The notes below the pieces were generated by a model, which was not told the origin of the DNA, did not search any database, and worked only from the letters and a program-made list of their open reading frames with translations. DNA of 64,000 bases from a virus. Location of the stretch: IMG/VR virus record IMGVR_UViG_3300011115_000650, one strand, 5' to 3'. Below, one piece after another: positions 56,466 to 64,000 of this stretch. Made by a program: the position numbers and the translations under genes. Position 1 is the stretch's first letter. Each line of letters begins with the position of its first letter.

Positions 56466-57788
56466 TTATAAATAGCTGGAAATCTGTAGAGAATCGTAAT
56501 TCTTACCAACTTTTCCTCTTATCCTTAATCCTCTCTTGTTTACAATCTCTCTAATACCGGTTAGTACTTGTTTACCATCTTCTAGAGAATAATCTACCAG
56601 GAATGAATCATAGACCACTAGTACTACTTGACTCTTCTTACCCTGTAGTACTTGATTTATCTCTTTTAGGATTTCTACGTTAGAATGGGTTTCTGCGTTT
56701 TGAATTACATAGTTAAATACTTTCTGTGGGTTTAAAGAGTTCTTTGGGAGATGCAAGGGTCTCCCTGTTCTAAGTATAGTCTTTCCGTTCTCTTGATACT
56801 CATTCCACAGGTTTTCTATGTATGCCTCTATTTTTTGGAAGAAAGGTATGGTTTTATACTCCTTCTGTACACTTCCATACATCTGTCTAAAGCTTATCGA
56901 TTTAGCTTGTTGATACTCTTCCTCCGATAGTTCCTCTTTATCAAAATAGATTCTACCTAACTGAGTGTGTATGGATAGAGACGGGTCGAATGTATGACCG
57001 ACCAAGTCAGCAATCAAAGCTAGATGATAGGCTTCAAAATCATACTCCACAAATAAATCATTCTTAGGTATAAAAGATTGTCTCGAACCATCTTCCTTGT
57101 TTAGGGCCAGGAAGTTTATAGCATTGAAGGCATTAGTGGGCCGGGTGGTTAGGTTATATAGGTTATAGGACGTATAGATTACATTATCCTTAATTGAATA
57201 AGGTTCCCAGGTAGGATCATAGAATCTATTGAATCTATTCTTATCCAGGCCTATTCCATTTTGTTCTATTAGAAGGTATTGTTGGGTTAGTTCTTGGTAG
57301 AATTTATGGTCGGTCTCCTTTCCTATATAGTCTTTTAGATGTTCGTATAAATTCTCACATCTCTCGTAGTGTTTAGTTACCGGTATGATTTGATTTATGC
57401 TGGTATTATAGGTGTGGTCGGTGTAGAAGTTTTGATATACTTTTGGAGTGTAATCGAATATGATATGTTTATTCTCTTGATCTAATACAACCTGGTTTAG
57501 GTCTATAATGTTTTGATGTTTAATAAAACTTGTAGTTAGTTTTAGATCCGGGCAGTATAGAGTCTTGTAATTAGCTAGATGTGCTTGTATATCTTCTAGA
57601 TCAAGACTAAAAGTCTCACTATGGTCAATAGGTAAGATATATCCCTTGTATTGATTTCTTAAGTATACTAAACAAACCTTATTTAAGTACGGGTGATAAT
57701 TATCGTTCTGTAAAACTACCTGTACATAACAACTCTCGTATACTAACAATCTCTGTAATTGCTCTTTAGTCTCAACTATGAAATACAT
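56466..57788 (-). CDS. Second, compact family A polymerase-like protein
   Basis: TTRP.N; motif A YDFEAYH; motif B AK...F..MYG; FNY.IQ; motif C VYDSF. Confidence 0.78.
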   Translation of the reverse strand: MYFIVETKEQLQRLLVYESCYVQVVLQNDNYHPYLNKVCLVYLRNQYKGYILPIDHSETFSLDLEDIQAHLANYKTLYCPDLKLTTSFIKHQNIIDLNQVVLDQENKHIIFDYTPKVYQNFYTDHTYNTSINQIIPVTKHYERCENLYEHLKDYIGKETDHKFYQELTQQYLLIEQNGIGLDKNRFNRFYDPTWEPYSIKDNVIYTSYNLYNLTTRPTNAFNAINFLALNKEDGSRQSFIPKNDLFVEYDFEAYHLALIADLVGHTFDPSLSIHTQLGRIYFDKEELSEEEYQQAKSISFRQMYGSVQKEYKTIPFFQKIEAYIENLWNEYQENGKTILRTGRPLHLPKNSLNPQKVFNYVIQNAETHSNVEILKEINQVLQGKKSQVVLVVYDSFLVDYSLEDGKQVLTGIREIVNKRGLRIRGKVGKNYDSLQISSYL

Positions 57789-57849
57789 ACAACCTTTATT
57801 TAGTTTGAAGTTATGAACTTATTTTTATACTTCCAAACCTTTTACACAT

Positions 57850-57883
57850 AAAAAAAACCGGTAAGTTTTATTTTACCGGCTTT
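57850..57883 (-). terminator. Intrinsic terminator
   Basis: GCCGGTAA-loop-TTACCGGT followed by a T run. Confidence 0.78.
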
Positions 57884-57935
57884 CTTGTTATTTGTTCTAC
57901 TATCCTCGAATTGTAATACGTTGTTAAGATCTTTA

Positions 57936-59000
57936 TTATTTTTGGATTAAGTAATGTTTTTCAAGCTTTTGCCTATTCATAACTCTAGAATCGTATCCAT
58001 CATCATCCTTAATTTTATACTTATCTCCCTCTATTTTAGCTATTTCACCAAAAATACCTGTAAGACTAAGTACGTTCTTACCTACTATAACTTTTGTTGC
58101 TGGAGTTATACGTACATAATCACCATCAGCTAAGGCCTTCTGAGCGGCGTATGATAAGTCTTCATTTAATTGTGCTCCACCATAATTACTGGGATCAGTA
58201 ACTATTTCGATTGCTTTATCAATTGCTTGTTCGATACTCAACATTCCTGTGTGATAATCTTTGCTTAATTGAATTAACGATTGGTCCATCTTTTCATTGA
58301 ACATTCCTGATGGTTTAAGTTCTTCTGGTATGTTGTCTGTGATAGTTTCCCCGTAAACGTCTGTTCCGTCTGCTACATGTTTTACACCCCAAGCTTTAAT
58401 AGTCTTTCCTATTTGCGCTTTGTCTATAGTTTCTGAGCTATCCTCTGCATATCCCATATCCTCTTCTTTAAGAATACCTGCTAATTTTTGCATTCTTCTT
58501 ACTTCGTTTAACTGTGTTTTCATTTCATTCATATTTGGTTTAGTGTAACTCCAAAATTGTTCTACATCTCCAACTGGAGTATCTCGGTACTTACTTCTTA
58601 GTATATATTGAATAGAGAATCCATCTGATGATGGTTTTTGATCGTAATATTTACGAATATTCGGTACTGTATCTTCTATATCAGAATCTAAATTAAGCCG
58701 TGTCGGTAACAATCCTTGAGACTGTCTTGCTTTTTCAGCTGCTGAACCAGCGGCTATTCTGTTATTTAACGATTTAACACTAGCCTCTGTATCTTTAACA
58801 TTCTGTATTCTTGTGCTCTTAGCTTTCTCAGCTGCTGCTTTATAAGAATCTGGTGTTCTTTTTGAAACCTGGTGGGTACGTAAAGCTTTTTTTAAGTTGA
58901 AGGTTAGTGTATTAATTTCATCGGTAGTTAATTCTCCGTTAGCTGCCATAGCTTCTAACTTCTTCATTAAATCCTCGTTGTACACTTCTTGTAAATTCAT
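57936..59000 (-). CDS. Hypothetical late protein, possibly a processed internal head protein
   Basis: Multiple LxE sites (LQE, QLNE, ILKE); RMQKLAGI motif; CTATTTAT upstream. Confidence 0.62.
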   Translation of the reverse strand: MNLQEVYNEDLMKKLEAMAANGELTTDEINTLTFNLKKALRTHQVSKRTPDSYKAAAEKAKSTRIQNVKDTEASVKSLNNRIAAGSAAEKARQSQGLLPTRLNLDSDIEDTVPNIRKYYDQKPSSDGFSIQYILRSKYRDTPVGDVEQFWSYTKPNMNEMKTQLNEVRRMQKLAGILKEEDMGYAEDSSETIDKAQIGKTIKAWGVKHVADGTDVYGETITDNIPEELKPSGMFNEKMDQSLIQLSKDYHTGMLSIEQAIDKAIEIVTDPSNYGGAQLNEDLSYAAQKALADGDYVRITPATKVIVGKNVLSLTGIFGEIAKIEGDKYKIKDDDGYDSRVMNRQKLEKHYLIQK

Positions 59001-59059
59001 TTTGATGTTATCTGATTTATAATAAATAGTCTGGTTTATGCAAAAAAAAAAGTTTTTAC

Positions 59060-59662
59060 TTACTTACTAAACTTATTATAGTCCTCACCAATAAAAGCAG
59101 TCAGGCCAGGGAAAGTAGGATCTTTCATCATAGTCAATCTACGGTTTGTATCAAGGATCCCGGATACTTTACCCCCATTTTGAATAGTATCGTATTGAGG
59201 ACCGCTGATCTGCCAAAATAGACTCGTAGTTTCATACGTAATGTAATCGTATTCGCTATCTGATTTGAGTAGTGAGTCATGAGTTGACTTATCAACCTCG
59301 ATAACATATCCTGATTGTCCTCTCTTTTTAACGAAGTATCTTATTATAGATCCTCGTTTGTAGTCTGTAGACGTTGGTTTGGGGTAGTACGGTACAGGGA
59401 TTTGAAAGGTAGGTTGACTGCCTGCACTAGCAGATCGGCCGGTTCGAAAGGCTTCCTGGCCATTAGTACTGGCATTAGAAGCTAGATCGGCAGGTTGTAG
59501 TATCTGAGAAGGTCCTTGTACGGGATCTTTTCCAGTAAAGACTTGACCGTTATAGGTCTTATAGTAGTAACCGGAATAGTTTGAACCGTTTAGTGTAAAC
59601 TCTCCTCCATTTGTTTTCTGGTTGGTTAACACTCTATTTAATGGGTAATATCTTATTGACAT
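59060..59662 (-). CDS. Hypothetical structural-module protein
   Basis: Follows baseplate genes. Confidence 0.62.
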   Translation of the reverse strand: MSIRYYPLNRVLTNQKTNGGEFTLNGSNYSGYYYKTYNGQVFTGKDPVQGPSQILQPADLASNASTNGQEAFRTGRSASAGSQPTFQIPVPYYPKPTSTDYKRGSIIRYFVKKRGQSGYVIEVDKSTHDSLLKSDSEYDYITYETTSLFWQISGPQYDTIQNGGKVSGILDTNRRLTMMKDPTFPGLTAFIGEDYNKFSK

Positions 59663-59665
59663 GGT

Positions 59666-62600
59666 TTATACAATATTGTTAATCTCACGTATAGTAGTAT
59701 TTGCTGTAATCTGTATATTTTGATTCTTGAAATAGTTTATAATGAAATTAGTGTAGTTTGTAGGATTATTTCCTGCAGGTGTACCATCATCGTTATAGAC
59801 AGGGGCATACTTTGATAAGTACTGAAATAGCGTATCTGTAGGTTTATATATAGCTGAAGTACCGGTTACTGCACCTTTTAGCACTGATTGCCACTGAGCT
59901 TGAATTCCCTGCTCTAACGTAGGGAATGTTTTTGTAGCTTTCCCAGTATTACCTACATTACCTGGATTTTTTGTTTTATACGATAGAGTATTTGGTTTAA
60001 ATCCTTCGTTTACTGTCTGTGCTGTTAGTAAAAGTTTTGCACCTTTGCTTAATGTTGGTAGAGCTTTCTCTAACGCAGGTTTATATACATCTTTTACTAT
60101 TTGAGTATCTCTTGCATTGAACTGTACGTAACCTCCATAGCTATTAGATATACCTTTAGGTATAAATGTTCTCGGTGTAGATTGTTTAATCACCTCTTCT
60201 ACAGGAGTACCTTCCGGCAGGTTAATCATCAATGCTCTAATCGAAGTAGTCCATTGGTTATTTTGAATAGTATGACTGATACCTGCTATTGTAAATCCAA
60301 CCAACGGCTTGGCATCTTTCCCGGTAGGCGATACATACTGAATAGGTAGTCTATTACCAGGTATTGTAAATGCTTCAAATAGAGGTATACCGCTAATTCC
60401 GTCTAGAGTCATATTAAGAGCTAGCGGTAAAATACCATTTGCTGTTATAGTTCCTTTAGCTAGTTGTTTACTGTTTTTTATTTTTAATAATACATCTGTA
60501 TAGTAGTTTAAGACCCCTGGTATGTTATCTTGATTAAGCTGGATTGAACCACGAGGTGCGTTACTAAATCCATACGTAGTGGTTAGTTGTTTATTAAATG
60601 CATTAGCTTGTATATAATTTTGTTCCTCTACCTGTTGAGCAGCTGCTTGTTGCGGGGATGGTGGTGGTGTTGGGGTGGTAGCTAGTACTGGTATGTTTGC
60701 ATTAAACGGTGTAACAGTGCTTGCAAGGTAGGGTGGGTTTGGAGTAGGGAATGTGACAGACGGTACACTATTCACAGGATTAGGTGCTATAACTGTAACG
60801 TTTGAAGCAGGGGTAGAGTTTAGTGTGATTTTTGGTGTTGCATTAGGACTTGGATTTACTTTTAGTCTATCTCGAAGTCTGTTATTAATTGCAACAAACC
60901 CACTCCCATCTTTATTTAGCCCCGAACTATTTAGATCTTTAGTGTCTGGGTTATACATAGCAGTAATAGCTAGAGTGCTTCCTAGAGCTGTACTAGCTTC
61001 AGTTTTTAAACTAAACTCTCTAACTGTTGCGGTACCCAATCCAAATACCGGTATTATAGGTATAACTTCTTCTTTACTCGCTAAATTTTGTGTATCAAAG
61101 ATTGTAATCACATCACAACTCTGATCAGGTACTATATTAAAGATATTGATACCCCCGATTGCTTTAGAAATATCTGTTAGAATTTGCTTTAGGTATGAAT
61201 TCAATAAGATATTCTTTGATTTATCGCTTGACATCAATCCTTCGTAGATCTTTAGTAAGTAGTCTACGTTAACAAAGATGTTCATAGTGTGTCCTCGGTA
61301 ACGGTCGTTCTTATCTTCAAACGACAAGCCGGTTACGCGTATCTTATCGTTTACCGTACATTCTGCTGTCAAAGGTCCAGGTGATACTATCTTACTTAAA
61401 TCTGTGATACCTTTCTTTAGTAACAGGTCCTGTAATTCTTCTGTAGTTGCATTACATTCAATTAAACATACTGTCGGATCGACAGATACTTGTTGGGGTA
61501 GGTGCAGGCACAGATTAGTATCTGGGTGAAAGTCTAGATAGACTATTTGCTTTCTAATATTATCCCCAGTGTAGATTAGACATGAATTATTGATATAGGC
61601 CAGTAACAGACTCAACGGTATATAAGTTAGAACCGTAGTTGAGGTTGGTGAGGATGTCTTAGTAGTAGTCTCTACAGTAAGGGTAGTATATTTTACGAAG
61701 TCTGCTAGCTTTAAAGGTGCTACCTTGTTTGCTGTTGTACCTTTACTCCTATCTCTCATGTACCTCCTACTAAACCCGTGTTTAAAATTATCGTAGATAT
61801 CACCGGGAGTTTTACTCGAATCTATTAGGTTTAGATAATCTTTACCTGTTGAGAATACTTCTTTCATCTTAGCTTCAAAACCTGCTAAGTTAGGAGTTGT
61901 ACTGTAAGCATTAGCGTTGGCAAAGTTCTTAACTTCGGTTAGGAAACCTTTTAAAGCTGAGTCTACTATTATCGGAGTGGTTTGATTGGTAGCAGTTCCG
62001 CCTTGTGAAGGCTGTGTAATTGCTGGCATATTCTCCTGACTATTAATCTTCAAAGATTCAGCTAATGAACCTAGACCGGTAACTTTAACTGTACAATCAT
62101 AGCTTCCGTCTCTATTCTGTACCCATTCGTAGTTTGTAATAAACCCAAGCATTGCATCATAGTTATATCCACTCTCTATTCTTTTCTTCTGTATTTCATC
62201 TTTGATGTCATCTGAAGTAATACCTTTTGCAAAAGCATCTATAGTCTGTACAATTGTAGTCTTGACATGCCCTTCGTTATCAACGTATGTACTATGTCCC
62301 CATTCAATCAAGCAGCTAAATCCTAGTCTAAAATATAACATATCTAAGATAGATAGCTGGTTTAGATTCCAGGCCTTAATCTTAACTGTTGCAGAATATA
62401 CTGCTCCTACTGGTGGTAGAGATTCAACTGTCAGAGATACTATACCAGGCATAGGTCTATACCCCAACTCTCTAATACCTCCTGCTCCATATGCTCCACT
62501 ATAAGGATCTTGTTTAGTTCCAATTCCAGACCTCATTGTAACAGGTTTATCAACACCATCTCCTGCAGTCGACGCTCCTCCTGATAGAGTCCAGTGCTTT

Positions 62601-62839
62601 GCTAATTCTACTCCATTTTGAACAGGAACCTCTCCGTCCATTAACTTTTCAATAATATCTGCATCTTGCATTATTTCTGTAAAGGAGGACATTTTAATCC
62701 AACAGTTCTTGTTACCTAGGTATAACAAATCTGTGTGAGTTCTTAACCCTGTTTGACTAAGTATATTTACTCTCTGTTCTAATTGATTTAAAATTCCTTG
62801 ATCGAGTGCTCCTCCAATTACATTATCGGGTGTTAACAT
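59666..62839 (-). CDS. Large baseplate hub / tail-associated protein with C-terminal lysozyme-like domain
   Basis: PMPGI, LIEWG, GNYD-like, H.I....WTT hub motifs; C-terminal E...NPGN...YAP...N..NY. Confidence 0.62.
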   Translation of the reverse strand: MLTPDNVIGGALDQGILNQLEQRVNILSQTGLRTHTDLLYLGNKNCWIKMSSFTEIMQDADIIEKLMDGEVPVQNGVELAKHWTLSGGASTAGDGVDKPVTMRSGIGTKQDPYSGAYGAGGIRELGYRPMPGIVSLTVESLPPVGAVYSATVKIKAWNLNQLSILDMLYFRLGFSCLIEWGHSTYVDNEGHVKTTIVQTIDAFAKGITSDDIKDEIQKKRIESGYNYDAMLGFITNYEWVQNRDGSYDCTVKVTGLGSLAESLKINSQENMPAITQPSQGGTATNQTTPIIVDSALKGFLTEVKNFANANAYSTTPNLAGFEAKMKEVFSTGKDYLNLIDSSKTPGDIYDNFKHGFSRRYMRDRSKGTTANKVAPLKLADFVKYTTLTVETTTKTSSPTSTTVLTYIPLSLLLAYINNSCLIYTGDNIRKQIVYLDFHPDTNLCLHLPQQVSVDPTVCLIECNATTEELQDLLLKKGITDLSKIVSPGPLTAECTVNDKIRVTGLSFEDKNDRYRGHTMNIFVNVDYLLKIYEGLMSSDKSKNILLNSYLKQILTDISKAIGGINIFNIVPDQSCDVITIFDTQNLASKEEVIPIIPVFGLGTATVREFSLKTEASTALGSTLAITAMYNPDTKDLNSSGLNKDGSGFVAINNRLRDRLKVNPSPNATPKITLNSTPASNVTVIAPNPVNSVPSVTFPTPNPPYLASTVTPFNANIPVLATTPTPPPSPQQAAAQQVEEQNYIQANAFNKQLTTTYGFSNAPRGSIQLNQDNIPGVLNYYTDVLLKIKNSKQLAKGTITANGILPLALNMTLDGISGIPLFEAFTIPGNRLPIQYVSPTGKDAKPLVGFTIAGISHTIQNNQWTTSIRALMINLPEGTPVEEVIKQSTPRTFIPKGISNSYGGYVQFNARDTQIVKDVYKPALEKALPTLSKGAKLLLTAQTVNEGFKPNTLSYKTKNPGNVGNTGKATKTFPTLEQGIQAQWQSVLKGAVTGTSAIYKPTDTLFQYLSKYAPVYNDDGTPAGNNPTNYTNFIINYFKNQNIQITANTTIREINNIV

Positions 62840-62853
62840 ATAACTTTTTTATT

Positions 62854-63159
62854 TTATCTTAATGAATTAATTCGTGTATAGTTCGCTAGTACACTTTGTA
62901 TATCCGCTGGTATTCTTAACTGCTTACCTAGGGGCGGTATCAAACTATCTCCAGGTAGAGCGTTAGCGGATGCTAGAACCCAGTACAAGCTACTATCTTT
63001 ATAGTAGTTATACGCTAATAGGTCTAGTCTATCTCCTATAGTTGGTATAATATAAATATCACTTTCTGTCACAGGGATGTCTGGGTAAATATTATTTAAG
63101 TAGTATCTTTTACCCGATGGTGTTTTTGTTGCGGGTACGGCAAGGTATCTATTTGGCAT
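62854..63159 (-). CDS. LysM/tail-X-like baseplate protein
   Basis: GDRLDLLAY.YY.D..LYWVLA.AN...G.QLRIP. Confidence 0.82.
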   Translation of the reverse strand: MPNRYLAVPATKTPSGKRYYLNNIYPDIPVTESDIYIIPTIGDRLDLLAYNYYKDSSLYWVLASANALPGDSLIPPLGKQLRIPADIQSVLANYTRINSLR

Positions 63160-63170
63160 ATCTTATGTAC

Positions 63171-64000
63171 TTATAGGTTTAGAGCTCTTGGTGTTTGATT
63201 CAAAAATCGATTTGCTACTTGTGGATTAACTGTTCCTGGTATGCTAGGCGGATTGCGTGGTAGGGCAACTGTCTGTCCAGGAGCTGGTTTAGGTCCGAAT
63301 TGAGAATTTTTACCTACTCCAAATTTATTACCTTGTGATGAGTTGTCGGTTGGATTAGGAGTTATTAAAGGTGTTATGTTAGCATTATCAGGATTGTTTG
63401 ACCTATTAGCACTTGGTATCCAAGATCTTCTTGCTAAGAAATCATGTATAGGTGTAAATTGACAAGATACTTCCAGGACGTGTGGTAGTTGGTACATATC
63501 CTCATCCTTACCGCCCTGACCGTCATCGGCAGTAATCTCCCAAGGTGAATCATCCGGTATAGTTATATTCATAGATGTAAAGAAGCCTGGCTGCCTTACG
63601 ATGTAATCTCCTATAGTTAATCTAGTTATGGGTGCTCTCATAAATCCACTTCCTAGATTGGTTCCATTTGTTCTAATAAAGCTTTGATAGTCTGGATATA
63701 ATTGAGAAACTAAGTAGTTTAACTTTCTGTATAGAGGTCTCATCTCCTGTCTAGTCTGCGGAGCTATTTTAAATGAAAACGATAAGCTTCGTGTAAATCC
63801 ATTGTAGGCATAAAAGTTTTCTCCTCTACCCACATACTTTACTGGTGAGTATTCTGCTGCATGATTATCTTGGATTGCAGTCAGGAAAGCTCTAAATACT
63901 AGTAAGCTAGCACCAGCCGCTCCTTCACCTGGCTGATCTGGACTATCTACTTCGATTGTTTCAATATTAAACTTGACTAAGTCTTTCGGTACTCTACCTG
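63171..64000 (-). CDS. Tail-tube initiator / baseplate protein (5' end beyond window)
   Basis: Frame open to the window edge (..FRAFL..I.DN.......YVGRGE.FY.Y.GF.R..SF.F..AP..RLTIG). Confidence 0.7.
   Translation of the reverse strand, partial: GRVPKDLVKFNIETIEVDSPDQPGEGAAGASLLVFRAFLTAIQDNHAAEYSPVKYVGRGENFYAYNGFTRSLSFSFKIAPQTRQEMRPLYRKLNYLVSQLYPDYQSFIRTNGTNLGSGFMRAPITRLTIGDYIVRQPGFFTSMNITIPDDSPWEITADDGQGGKDEDMYQLPHVLEVSCQFTPIHDFLARRSWIPSANRSNNPDNANITPLITPNPTDNSSQGNKFGVGKNSQFGPKPAPGQTVALPRNPPSIPGTVNPQVANRFLNQTPRALNL

Overview
This window is a 64-kb segment of a large, AT-rich dsDNA tailed phage, probably a jumbo myovirus infecting Bacteroidota. The host call rests on repeated GTTG-N~20-TAnnTTT(A/G) promoters, A-rich start regions lacking Shine-Dalgarno sites, and a lipoprotein with D-(S/T)-T glycosylation motifs. 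Essentially all genes lie on the minus strand and use the standard code. In coordinate order it contains: (1) a glycan/acyl-modification island (PIG-L deacetylase, acyltransferase, FabG, FabH, five GTs, an unannotated ACP-like peptide); (2) a Cas4/RecB-like nuclease; (3) a long tmRNA and tRNA cluster with two aberrant tRNA-like genes and structured spacers; (4) a hypervariable tract of small ORFs; (5) thyA, groEL/ES, a holin, PolA and dUTPase; (6) a full 7-deazaguanine DNA-modification cluster (folE, queE, queD, a dead QueD paralog, kinase, PurN-like formyltransferase, queF, DpdA-like, queC); (7) two LRR proteins; (8) class II RNR, helicase, 5'-3' exonuclease, RecA/UvsX, SSB and a second compact PolA; (9) baseplate genes. 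Four observations stand out. First, free-standing homing endonucleases sit at the extreme ends of thyA, queC and tmRNA next to a recoded gene end, with a relic of the old end on their far side. Second, six copies of the 18-bp queE 3' end delimit an array of single-ORF cassettes. Third, a mini-protein is built from ThyA insertion loops. Fourth, several unexplained structured RNAs lie between the tRNAs. All calls come from reading motifs by eye; no database searches were run.
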